A stretch of DNA of 64,000 bases from Paramecium tetraurelia (lineage: Eukaryota): the NCBI GenBank assembly GCA_000165425.1, contig CT868319.1:186001-250000 (forward strand). The letters are read 5' to 3'. The stretch's first letter is position 1. The number at the start of each line of letters is the position of its first letter. Under the pieces are notes generated by a model. It saw only the letters and a list, made by a program, of their open reading frames with translations. It had not been told where the DNA came from and did not search any database. Position numbers and translations under genes: made by a program. Positions 14,551 through 27,926 of this stretch are shown here, one piece after another.

Positions 14551-16298
14551 TCAACTTGATTCAACTCTAAAACTAAAGGTTCTTCTCTAAAAATTTTTTC
14601 TTGGATTGCTTGTCTACTATTCATAATAGTTATCCAAAATTTTGTCTTCCTTCAGAATTTGGTGGATGTCTAATGCATGATGAACACTTTATCGAGGGTA
14701 TTTAAATTATTGAAGTATTTAACATTAAGGATTAATGTTCTTTCTTTATGCTAGAACTCTATCGAACAAGGTATCAAACTATGCTTTGAATTGCATGAGC
14801 ACATTACCTACATAAAATATTGTTAAATTATACTGTTATCTATAGAATTCTTTTTAAGACGACTTTATTTTTTCATAATTTCTTGAAATTTGTTTAGTTC
14901 TTTTAATAAATTCTATTCCCCAAAAAATTTTGGCTTTTCTTATTTTTTCAGAAAGAAAAACGATTATCGAATTATCTAGTACATGGGTAAAAAGATTACA
15001 TAGATCAAAATGACTTACAATAAAATTAGTCCAAAAGAGACTGCAAGAGTGAGATATATCATATTTTGGAAATCATTATTAAAGGTTTGTAAGAGAAAAT
15101 CGATTTTAGATTCAATTTCTTATTCAATTTAAAGATCATAAAAAAGTATAAGGAAATAGTTGATATTCTTTAACTTCACAATTTTAATTACAACATCTTT
15201 ATTATAAATGCTATTAAACCTACATAGAATATCTAAGTTTTGATATTTGCAAGTAGAATTCAACTTTTTATTATAGTAATAATTCAAAATAGAATTCCAA
15301 TCATCATTTGTAAATCCTGTGATTTCTTCATCATCAATCCTTGTTAATATTGACGAATTTGTAACAGCAATATTTTTATAATTAGTCAATATTAAAGTTC
15401 CATTTAAGTTTACAATCATAATATTGATATTTAACTTTGGGATAAAGCTATTTTTGAAAATCAAGTCTGAACAAAATATTCCTTCTACTTCCTTATTCAG
15501 GTTCAACATTGATTGAGTCATAGTCATTGAATATATCGGTTGAATATCAAAATACTTATAAATATCAGTTAATTAAGTATTATTATTTTTATCTTTTTCT
15601 AAGTTTTTGAAGTGTGATTAATACCATGCTCTCTCTTTTGGATTGAAATTTGGTTATAAAACAACTTAAGGATATAAAAAACCATATTACACTGAATTTA
15701 TGGATGAGACAAAATAAATTTAATTTGGTAAATACTCATCGTTTAATCTCATTATACTCAAAATTGTTGAGCTCACTAAATTAGTTATACCTTAAAGAGG
15801 TTGGTTTATATCTCCATTTAAATCAGGAGTCTATTCATTGTATTCTAATCCAAATCTTACAAAGCAAATGATGGAAAATTTATTTTCTAAGGGTGTATGT
15901 TTGTGAATATAATCACATGTTCGAGAAAGTTACTAATTTGTGACTATATCATTATTTAATTACAGCCAATACAGTTAATTAAGGTTAGTCAAGGTTATCT
16001 ATGCTAAAATTTATAGTAGGATTTTACATCTTATAAAGACTGAGTTCAGTTGATGATTCATTGCCAATGAAGCACTACTTAAATGCTTCGACATTTCATA
16101 AATTGAATTTCTTTTTAATGCATCATTAAGAATTTGTTATACATATTGCATATTTATAGTCTGTGCTATTAAAAGGCAAGGTATAATTATAGCTAAAATA
16201 ATGCCATTTATAATTAAAATTTGTGTTCTCATTTTAAATCTTCCTAATTTGCTGTTTAAATAAGCACTTAAGAACCACTTTTCATAGGGTTTGTTCAT
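14551..16298 (-). CDS. Cache-domain 2-TM sensor-like protein
   Basis: TM1 ILIINGIILAIIIPCLLIA; FQPKERAWY (Cache RxWY-like motif); GIFCSDL, MIVNLNGTLI; second TM near 14990-15060; short cytosolic tail. Confidence 0.65.
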
Positions 16299-16878
16299 TT
16301 TTAATGTAAACTTTATTATTATAATAATTGAAGCTTAAAACCTTAGATATTTAATTTCTAATTGAAATTAGATGCTCAAGAAATTGAAACAGAATGTTTA
16401 AATAAATTGATCTCATACTCATATTTATTTTTTTCATAACTGACATCATTATTTGTCCTTATGATTTTGGTTATAAATCATTTCCTATAAATTGTTAAAT
16501 ATTATAAATTGAATCAAACGAATAACTTCTAATTATTTGAAAATTTGTAAAGATTAAAGAAAAATTGAATAAAAATATTTCAGAAAATAATTTATTGTCA
16601 TTTAATTTAAGAATCGAGTAGAATTTTCTAATAGTAAAATAAAATTGAAGCTTTTTTTGAGATACAAGAGAACCCTTGTTTTGCAACAATAAATTAAAAT
16701 TATATACACAAACCTTTGAAATAAATTAGCAATAGGCATTTTAAGATTAGCAAACCTTTAATGATTTGAAATTATTACTTAGAACCTTATTAAACCAATA
16801 CTACAATTAACTATGTTGTACTCTTAAAATGCTGATTTTAGTATATACTACTGAATAAACATCAAACGATATTTAATA

Positions 16879-17385
16879 ATGTACTCTTAGATACCAGAAA
16901 AATTTTGGTAAGATGATTCTTAAAATTCTTTTTTTGATCTTGAGATTATCAAAATAATAAATTTTTTAGATATTTATTAGGAGCTTTCCAATTAAACTAT
17001 TTGTGATTTATGGTCTAATTGATTCAAGTAGTTTAAATCATAGATGAAATTTGAAGCTATTTAAGATAATCTAATCACTCATAAAAATTATGATAAGTCT
17101 ACTAGTATCATAATTGATTTATTATATGTAAATATTTATCTCTATTGTGATACAGATAGTAACTTTAGACATTTAAATAACGATTTCCATTATTAAATTA
17201 TTTTTAGAATATAATAAATGTAAGTTTTTATTGAACCTAAATTGCTATTGTGTCGGATTTAAATTATAATACTTGAATCTAAGATAATAATAATAATATA
17301 ATGCCATCTCATAGTTTTCAATAAGTAATATTATAGTAGAAATAATAAAACCTAATTCTGCTTTATAAAAATTAAATTTTGTTGA
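16879..17385 (+). pseudogene. Probable decayed ORF
   Basis: Frame MYSQIPEKFWQDDSQ... interrupted by an in-frame TGA near 17020; no recognisable domain. Confidence 0.25.
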
Positions 17386-17728
17386 TTCTGTAGTTTAGAT
17401 TATCAAATGTATCGATTTCACTTTTGAATAATAATAATTAGTTGGCCATTGAGTCAATATTAAGACTACTGAAATGAATTTTAATATTTAATATGTAAGA
17501 ATCTAAACAATGATATTATTTATCATTATTAATAATCAATTTTTATTATATATATATATTGTATTATAATAGGAAAAGTCATCGTTAGAATCTTCTTCTA
17601 AATTCACTAATATTTTTTCTATTTATGAGTTTTGATCTTCCCTAATATTTTATTTATGCTTAATTTCTAACTTTCTTATGTAATTACAATATAAAATCGA
17701 TATTATTTTTTATATTGTAATACAATTT

Positions 17729-19247
17729 ATGCTGAACAAGTTTACTCTTTAATTTAAGGACTAACTTCTTGAAGAAAAATATTAGGACTACTAATTAATA
17801 TCAAATCGATTACCGCTTTTTAAGCATTTAACCCTTGGTCTTACTTTAGCAGGGATTGTGCGTTTATGCTAGATATTAATTTATGGTGGCTCGGTTATAT
17901 GGCTTATACCTGTTCTATTTGTAGTTGGCGTTATATCTTTAGGATCATTTATTATAATGAAAAAGAAATATCTGCGTATAGCATTAATATTCATTAATCA
18001 TTTGCTGATAGTAAGTTCTTTGGAAGTAGACAACTAATGTTCCCCACATTATTACTATTTAAGAGGAGCAAGCATGATGTGTATTCATCTTGTAATTTTA
18101 TTACAAAGCGAATTTGTAGATGCCTTTTTTTCACTCATCATTATAACAACAATTAGATTGCTTACGATTTTCCTTTAGGATTCAATATTTCCTTACCCAT
18201 CAATAATGGCAGCAATCCTTTTGATATTTTACCTATTATACGTAATCTACAAAAATAATCTCGCCTTTAGATCCCAATTTCAATTATCCTGTTTGGACAA
18301 CTAATGGGATTAAGCAATTACAACTCTAATTGATGACCCTTATCTGCTAATTGATTTCAATCAAAACAATTTAAGTTTTAAGTACAAGAAATCTAATAAG
18401 TTTTAATTTAATTGCCAAAATGAGCTTGATTTAAAATTATTTTTAAGAAACACTAAATTAATTGAGGGGAAAATTAGTTTAGAATAATTCTTATATAGAA
18501 GCATTCATAATTGTATTTTTGAAGATACTAATCAATAGTTAAAAAAATAAATATAAATAGTTCATGACAAAAAAGAATTTACTCTTTAATACTCTATTTT
18601 TCTGGGATTTCAACCTTTAATCTTAATTTAAATTTTAAAATTTTCTAAGATCCAAATGGCTGAGGATAAATAATTCACAAAACTAGAAAGCTCATATTAA
18701 TTCAAATATAAAAAATTATTAAATATTGTTTATCACAGACTAGATAAAGTGATTAAAAAAAAATGTTCTTTTGTAATTATACATTCAATGTATAAGCAAA
18801 TATTGTATTTCTATCTAATGGAACTAACTGAATAAAATTCTCAGTAAATTATTTACACTTTCAAACTACAAAGCGTATTAAAGAAAATCAAGATGATTTA
18901 CAAATATAAATCTATTTAAATATAGAAGTCAATATCATCAAATATAATGGGTAATAAATCAGTTTTATGTTTGATTCTCATAGATATAATTGAGTAATTA
19001 ACAACCAATTCTATAAAAATCACATGTTCTTAATTAAATCAAAATGAATACTAAATATAAATAGATGGTATAGTAAATGAGAAAGCTTAGAATTTCATAT
19101 TCAAAAGACTTAAACTGTAAGAATGGTTTTTCAAATAATTCACTATTGATTAGTCATGTAATATTTATTTAGTTAAGTTTTATAGGTATCAAATTAATTT
19201 TTTGGATTGGCCTACCTGACATTTAAGTTTAAGGAATAACAAAATGA
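17729..19247 (+). CDS. Multi-pass membrane protein, degenerate histidine-kinase-like family
   Basis: MLNKFTLQFKDQLLEEKYQ N-terminus, about 6 TM segments, long cytosolic part with an N-box-like GNKSVLCLILIDIIE but no HExRTP; 3' end uncertain (19247-19326 depending on an intron). Confidence 0.65.
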
Positions 19248-19322
19248 ATAATCTCAACTACCTATTCTGTATTAATCTAACTTGAATTTAGATTTAGATA
19301 TTAATTATTATTAGTATTAATA

Positions 19323-20136
19323 ATGAATCAATAATTCTTTGGTAATTCAAGGTTGGCAATTCAAAGAGCCTAATAACTCCACTAATTCTTCACTTAATCA
19401 GTGATTTATGATCAATTCAAATACACTGCCAAAATGCCATAATATCCAAAAATTGTATTTTTGTAATCAAATCAATTTTTCAGAAATCTTGTTGAAAAGT
19501 ATTTCGATTATTCTATAGTAGATAATTCCTTTAATATTCAATAATAGATGCTCAAAAATCAAGCGGAGAAGTAAAGTTATTAATTTATCAAAAGGACGGT
19601 TTAGCTAGGTTGGCAGAATAAGTATAATTGCAATCTACATAAACTAATGGTGCTTTATTATTTGGATTCCCAAATACAGCATTTGAAGCAGAAAGGTACT
19701 TGAAAACAGAATAAAAATAATTTTAGACTTGATCGATTATTGGATGGAGTAAATTTAGCTGTTAGATTCAGGTTATCGGAATCATTAGCTAAGAAGATAG
19801 CAGGTTCATTTCTTTCATGTTAATCATGTGGTAAGGTTTTCAATACTAGCCTACCCTTCATTACTCCTACTCATCCAGGATACTAAAATAATGTATAATT
19901 TTGGCAAATTTTTAGTGTTAAACACCAAGTAAATGTGCTTTAGAATCTAGTTCAGCTCCAACTGATTAAGTCAATGCTGAGGTTGTTGATTACTATCAAT
20001 AGAAAGTATAAATTAGATGGATGATTGATAGGGTGCTTATCTAGAATACGAAATCAATGAAGAGCATTTATTATATGATTCATAAGAATTCTTCGAAAAA
20101 TTAGATAATGCAGTAGCAACACATATTAAAGTCTGA
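19323..20136 (+). CDS. Adenylate-kinase-fold protein lacking the P-loop
   Basis: PKIVFL (no GxxGxGK follows), GALLFGFPNTAFEAERLD, LID-like CQSCGKVFN...CQTPSKC; several tiny introns. Confidence 0.6.
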
Positions 20137-20168
20137 TATTTTTAAGAAATAATAATAATAAAATATGA

Positions 20169-21149
20169 TCACATATAGCCTTATTCTAAATGTTCTATGC
20201 TTATATTGATAGTTTGATTTTGCTCTTTTGGAGTGGATTTATTGATATTCAATTTGTTTTGTTTAGCAAATCCTTGTAAAGTTAAATCTCCTTATTTAGT
20301 TTTTAACTCTGTTTTTTTAGGATTGGAATCTTTTCGTTTGAGAATCTTGGAGTCTCCCTTAATAACTTTTTCATATTGTTCCACTTGAATTTTAAATTGC
20401 TTTTATTTCATCTCCTCATTCATCATCTTTCTTCTTTATTCGATGATAAATGGAGAATCATTCAAATTCTATCCTTAATAAATGACATTCTATCTTCTCA
20501 GTTCAGTCTAATCTTCCTCCAATTAATGAGTATAATACCTTTGCATCTTTTTACTGTCAGTTTATTCAATTGAATCATAAATTTATTTGAGTTCTGCATA
20601 AGAAGTTGGATTATCACTAATTTTAGTTTATGGAGCAATGGCTTTAGTTATTTTTGGTTTTTCAGAATAATCATCATCTGAAATGATTGACCAAAACACT
20701 ATGGATATTCCACCTAGAGCCAAATATCCATAGATCTAATTGGAATTACTCTTAGATTGAGTATATTAATAAGTTCTCTCCTGATATGTATTTTTCTGCC
20801 TATTATTTTCATGCCATTATTTTTATTATTCTCCATATTACTACCATCCAGGATTGTTGTAGTATTGTTTTTCTTGATTGGAATCTTCATTTGATGAATT
20901 ACTATGTCTTTATTAGGCATCTATTGATTAATCATATAGTTTCCTTTTAATTGGGTCTTTTAAAATGTTGTAGGCATTTGTAATGTCCTTAAACTCCTGT
21001 TCTTTCTAAGACAGATTGACATCAGGATGATATAGTTTAGCCAACTTAATGTAGGCAGACTTAATAGAATCAATAGAATCGTTAGGCTGCACTCCGAGTT
21101 TTTAATAGAGAGTTGTGCAAAAGGAGAAAGTTTTATATTTTTTTAGCAT
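20169..21149 (-). CDS. DnaJ/J-domain protein with one TM segment
   Basis: [65 protein letters not shown]. Confidence 0.88.
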
Positions 21150-21315
21150 TTTAAATAGTTTTATATATTAATTGTATTATAATTCTTTATTATTATTGAT
21201 TCTCTTGAGGATTATTTCGATACTTCTTTTGTGAATCATCATCATTATTGCAAACAAATTATAAACTTATTAAATTATATAAAGGGAAATATCCCTTAAT
21301 TTTATGTGACAATAG

Positions 21316-22626
21316 ATGAAATTTTTGGTTTTACATAATTTATTATTGAGGTGTAATTACAATAAGCGATTCTCTAGCTTGATAATAGTTTAGTGTAATT
21401 ATAGTAAATAGATAGCTTAATTAGAATATATGGAAGAAAAGTAAATATTAATTAGTTTTAGCATTAGGAAATCTTTAATATTTTTTATTCACATTTAAAG
21501 AGATTAATGAATTAAAGACCAAAATTCTAATTAGAAAACTCTTTCCTCACCCATCCTCTTCCCCTTTCTTGTTGTATCCTAAATAAATTTGAAACTCAGT
21601 AATGCATTTCATGATTAACATTTAGAATCATTACTGCAGGTTACGATTAAACATGCAGGATATTCAATATTGAAAGTGGAGCCAAATTAAACGAAATGTA
21701 AGGACATAGTAATGTAATCCAATGTATTGAAATCGATTAGAGCAAAGAGTATCTAATTTTTAACATCATAGTGATCTAATGGCAACAGGCTCGTTTGATC
21801 ACACCATCAAATTATGGAGACCCAAATCAGGAATTTGTGTTGAAACACTCAAAGGACATGATGCTGAAGTCATGTGTTTATCATTTGGCCACAATAATAA
21901 ATTGGCTTCTGGTTCAATGGATTCAACTTGCAATGTCTATGATATAGAAAAATTCAAAATTTTACATACAATCAAAGATCACAAGATTTCAATTGTTGGT
22001 GTCAAGTTTCATGATTCTAATGTGTACACTGCTTCCTTTGATGGATAAATTTCAGTATGATACCTTCAATAATAATAATAATAGGTAAATGATACCAAAA
22101 CATTTAAGCAAATTATTAAATTACAAGATGACAGCAAAGAGATATTCTAAATGACTATAGATCCTTAAGGAAAGTATCTTGGAACTATTAGTGGGAATAA
22201 ATAATGCAAAATCTGGGATCTTAAGCACCTGAATAAGCCTTTATATACATTGACAGGACACACTTAAGATTTGACAACATTTACATTTGATTAATAGGGA
22301 ACTAGAGTTTTGACAGGATCATAAGATTCAACTGTAATTTTATATGAAGCTTCTACTGGTAAGATGAGTTAAAGGTTTTATGGTCACACAGATGAAATAG
22401 TCAAAATTGTTTATACTTAGAAACACGAGGTTCTTACAGCTAGCACTGACAAGACTGCTAGATTATAGTATTAGTTTCAAAATTATACAATAGCACAATA
22501 GATGGTGTTTGCTAATAGATTTTTGAGGGATAAGAGGACGGACTTATGACTCTTTTAGTAGATTCAAAAGGAAAGATAGTAATCACTGTAGGAAAAGATT
22601 CAACATGTCAAGTGTGGAGATTATGA
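21316..22626 (+). CDS. WD40 protein, divergent DAW1/ODA16 paralog (start uncertain)
   Basis: THPLPLSCCILNKFETQIITAGYDQTCRIF aligns to DAW1 [30 protein letters not shown]; multiple GH..WD repeats. Confidence 0.75.
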
Positions 22627-22714
22627 TATATTTTATATATAAATGCTAATTTACACAAATTCAATATATCTGTAGTTTTCAATAAAAAATACAATTTTTC
22701 TGGTGGAAGTGGGA

Positions 22715-25193
22715 ATGAAGCAATAAACTTAGTTATAGTATATCATAATCAATTCATTTTCATTGTTAATAGCTATTTTATTATTTGGAATGGAATTATT
22801 TAAAAAATAGCCTATTTATGTTAATCGTGTGGGTGCCTTAATATTATGCTTACTAAACATGGAATTAGTGTTTGAAGAGATTTCATCAATAAATACAATT
22901 TAGTTGGTAATATTCATTGTAATATTAATTACATAATTTGAAGATGAAGAAAAATGGCATAAAATCGTCAAACACTCTATTATATTTTACATATTTTTGA
23001 GGACGCTTTTACAATACAAAAACTTGTTTAGTATAACTTAGTTACTGACATATGTATTATGGCAGCCTATCAACCATTGGATGTTGTACTATAAGAATTA
23101 ATTGAGAATAAATCAATTTAAGAAATAATCGCTTGATTTAAGTAAATGTCAGTCTGAATTAACTCCGTAATTGTGTAAAGAATCTTCAGAGTTAGAAGAA
23201 TAATGCAGCAGCAACGTTTAGGGAAGTTCGAAGTTATCTCAAAATTTAAAGAAGTTGAAATAACTTTATATGAATAATCCATTTTCCCAGATGGCAGATT
23301 TCGATTAGAAAACCTTTTCTTAATTTTAAAAATAAACTTCAACTTTGGATGTTCCATAAATCTGGAATTTGTTGCCTTTTGGCATTGCACTGATTACCAG
23401 TAAGTTTGAAATATTGACCTACAATTAAAAATTATTATATTTTTTAAAAGCGTCAGATAATGATGGAAGAAATATCATATTAAATTTGGATTTGTTATTA
23501 GAAAGGTATATCAATTAACATAATAAGTCCTGAATCTTGGGAGAGCAAATCCGTACATAATTATGGCTCACACTGTAGCAATCGTTAAAGCAGAAGATTT
23601 CAAACAAAAAGATAATTGTCCCTAATTTCCAAAAGTAATCATGAGTAGAACTCAATAAATCCAGATGGTGGAACTCATTCTTAAATCAATGCAAACTTTG
23701 CCTTCATTCCAAATACTTCCAATTAGATTAGAGATGAGATTCTGACTACCAAATCAAGATATCGTAATCTAGATTAGTTGTTTAAGAAATTTGCCCTGAA
23801 ATAATATTCATTAACCAATAATAATAATGGAGATTGCTCATTATAATCTATAGGTCAAAATATTCAGATAATAAAAAAAGTATAGGACATAGATTCTAAG
23901 AAATACTATTTCAGAATCAAAGTATATGAAATAGACTCTATTGGAAATAAACTCAATTACTTATTTGTGATAGAAAATATTACAAATAAAGAAGAATTAC
24001 GCTAATTAAGTGTAAGATACAAATTTTAATAAGTTTTGCTAAATTCTTTATGTCATGAATTAAGAACTCCAATGAATAGCACCCTATCTCAACTGAATGC
24101 ATTAACATCCTTAATTTCACCTTAAATTAGAGATAAGAATCTCACTCCTGCCATAATCTCTGCCAAAAAGTTGATGTTTCAATTAAATGATATTTTGGAC
24201 TTTGCACAAATAGATTGTAAGAATTTTCATTTAGTGAATTCATAATTTGAATTGAAGGAAATATTTGAATTATTAAGAGAACTTTTTGAATAAGAATGCA
24301 AAGAGAAAAACCTTTAATTTATTCTAAATTTCTACCATATTAAAGATGATTAAAATATCTATAGTGATAAGGAACGTATAGCAAGGATATTAGTAAATTT
24401 GGTGGACAATTCCATTAAATTTACAAATGAAGGTGGAACTATTACAGTTACAGTCTAACAAGAAAATCATTATATTCTCTTTTGTGTTTTGGATGATGGA
24501 GTTGGTATTTCAGATAAAATCTTAACTAACATTAAAAGCAATAAAGATTTCTAAATGTAGGATTAATATCATCAAAATGAAACTAAACTTGGTTTGGGTT
24601 TGAAAATTTCTTAATAAATTGCAAAATTTTTATGTGTTGATAAAGAACTCAAAATTGAAAGCAAAGAAAAATAATTTACTAAAATTTCATTCAGAGTAGA
24701 TTCTAATTATAAATATTTAAATCATTTAAAACTCCCCTTATTTTAAGGTTGTAATTTTCATATTAATTGTGATTGTATATAAATCTTAAATGTTGATGAT
24801 GTTAGATTTAACCACAGTGCAATTGAAGCTCTCTTGAGTCAACACAAAATCAAGATGGAAAGTGCCTATAATGGAGAATAGGCTATTTAAATGATCAAGA
24901 AAAGATTAGACTAAAATTGCTGTAAGACTTATAAATTAATATTCATGGATATTGAAATGCCAATCATAAATGGATATTAGGCTTCAAAAGAAGTAATTTT
25001 CATTATAACATTATAGATAACAACCATATTAAATAAATTTAACTTAACAGACTAAACTGTTATAGTAATGTGTTCAGCTTATAATGGATATGAAAATAAT
25101 AATTAAGCAAAGGCTTGCGGAATAAAGGAAGTGCTTCCAAAGCCTATTGAACAAAAATAACTCAAACAATTACTTGACAAATATTTATTATGA
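22715..25193 (+). CDS. Membrane-bound hybrid histidine kinase (TM-PAS-like-HisKA-HATPase_c-REC)
   Basis: [74 protein letters not shown]. Confidence 0.9.
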
Positions 25194-25212
25194 TTATATA
25201 ATATAATAATAA

Positions 25213-27780
25213 ATGGAAATACTCATTAAATTATTGATATGCTAATTAATAATTCAGGACATCATTCAAATCAGTTTTATCTGGATGAATACCGAATGGT
25301 ATTATGTTCTACTGAATGCCTTATCCCTATCAATATGCTTACTACTTGTAATAATAGATTATTACAAAATCCAGCAGATCTATTTTAAGGTAGGTTTGTT
25401 AATATTATGCGTAATAAATTGCGAAACCTTGTTCTAACTATCTATTAATATTGCTAGTGCTGTTTAACTATTTTATATATTGCTTATTCTGTTTAAGATT
25501 TATGAAAATACCATCCTAACTAAGATGATTGTACACTTAGTTTTAGTATACATGGTAATTAGAGCTATTATTGCCTATTCAGATTATAGAATCCAACATT
25601 TGCTATTGATAATATTCTAATAACCTTTAAATCATTATATATTTTATTCACTGAGAAAAAAATCATTTTCACAGTAAACTCAAGCTTAATTAATAATTTA
25701 ACAGAATTCATAAGAATAAGTGATTTGCTTATCTAATGATAGCAAGTAAGATAATTTAAAATGTGACTTGAATGAGAGTGTAATTGTTAATTAAATAGAT
25801 TATGATTTTGAATCTCCTAGAATATAATAAGAACATAAATCAATAGGCACTAACAAAAATACTATTGAATAAAGAGTTATCATAAAAAAACCTATAAATG
25901 TGTGGAAAACAACTACAAACTCTTCAGATTCCCCTTAGCAAGAATCAATAAAGATAGAAAACAATATGGATTCTAAATATTCTGATTTAGTTGCAATTAT
26001 GAGTAATCTTCCCTTTGGAATCATTTTTGTTGATTAGAACCTAACCATTTTAGAATATAATTAAAAAGTGTCTTAATTATTAGGAATCACAAATCCTAAT
26101 AAAATAATTCCATTTCTAGACGAAGCTATTAAAAAGTAAATAATATAAATGATTATTACAGAAGTGGAGAAATTTAAGAAGTACGTTCTGCAAAAAAAAT
26201 TAAAAAGTCTTTGAGTAAATCACCAAAAAAATCATATTTTCACTAACAACCTTCCATTAATCTATAAAAAAGATAAAATGATGATTAGATTTCAGATTTA
26301 GTTTCTCAATTTTATAACTGTGGGTCCCAATCTAGAATGGATAATGAAAGCTAATAGGAAGGAAATTTAAGGTCTATATTTTAAAAGTTTTAGAAGATCC
26401 ACTAAAGTTAATAAACAGCTGCTTCCAGAGAAACCTTTCAATTCATAATAAGATTAGATTCAATGGATACTTCATATTGTAAATCTAAATATAAGAGTTT
26501 AAAACTTAAGATTTTTTAAATTGATGGGAATGGATTGTGGGAACAAAATGTATATTTATTTGTATTAGAAAACATTACAAAGAGAGAGGAACTCAAATTG
26601 CTTAATCATAAATATAAATTTCAATAAGCACTTTTAAATTCATTATGTCATGAATTAAGAACTCCGATCAATGGTGTCATTTCTTAATTATATGCTCTAA
26701 AAGATGAATTGATGACTGACTTAATTCAATCACATTTAAATCCTGCAATTGTATCAACTAAGAGATTATAATACTAATTAAATGACATATTGGACTATGC
26801 TTAGATTTAGTGCAAAGCCTTAACTCTTAATAAATCTTACTTTAAATTGGAGGAAATATATTAACAATTACAAGAGTTATTTAATTTCGAATGTATATAG
26901 AAGCAGATCTAATTAGTGATCGAGGATGATCATTAAATCAGATTACATACAGATAAAGAGAGATTGCTGAGAATTTTCATTAATTTACTAGATAATTCGG
27001 TTAAGTTTACTAATAAGGGAGGGACAATAAAAGTATCATCAGAGATAGATAAAGATCAATTGAAATTCATTGTCTATGATAATGGATAAGGTATAAAGGA
27101 TGAAATCATAGAAAAAATTGAAGAATAGGCAGAGATGTTATTCAAAGACTCTGTTTAATACCATTCAAATAAATTAGGTTTGGGATTGAGAATCTCAATG
27201 TTGCTTTCAGATTACTTATATAAAGAGCAAAAGTTTCAGATAGAATCTAAATTTAATTAATACACTAAAATAAGTTTTAGATTATCAAATTTAATAGAAA
27301 ATTACTCTTCAGAATTTTAGATGGGTGCTTAATTATCTATATTAGAAAAAAATTGTAATTGCAGTAAAATATTGATTGTTGATGATATAATTTGCAATCA
27401 TTTTGCACTTTAGGTTTTATTGAAAAAATTTAAAGTGAAAACTGACAGTGCTTACAATGGCAATTCGGCTATAGAGTTAGTAGAAGAGAGATTGAAATAA
27501 TAATGTTGTCAAACTTATCGATTAATTTTTATGGATATAGAAATGCCATAGAAGAATGGATTTCAAGCATCTTCGGAAGTATTTTAAAATATCATCAATT
27601 TAGATATCTTAAAAATTAAGGTAAAATTCTCTCAATGAGGAATGTATAATTACTATGTATTCAGCATATTCTGGTGACGATGATGTTCTGATTGCAAGTT
27701 AATGTGGAATGAAAGAAAGAATTTCAAAACCTACAGACATCTAAAAATTGGAGCACATTATTAGAAAGTATATACTTTGA
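25213..27780 (+). CDS. Membrane-bound hybrid histidine kinase (tandem paralog)
   Basis: [68 protein letters not shown]. Confidence 0.9.
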
Positions 27781-27926
27781 TAAATATTTAATCTCAATAT
27801 TTTTTAATTTTAATATACATACTTAAATTATAAGACTTAAAACTAGTTAGAAGGTAAAGATAAACACATTAATATTTAAAGTAAATTCTATTTTTAGTAT
27901 ATTTTCGAATTATTAATCAAATCATT

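Noticed and set aside
19323..19326. Bacterial-style ATGA stop/start overlap
   Set aside because: Depends on an unverified intron; an earlier TGA at 19245-19247 is equally plausible
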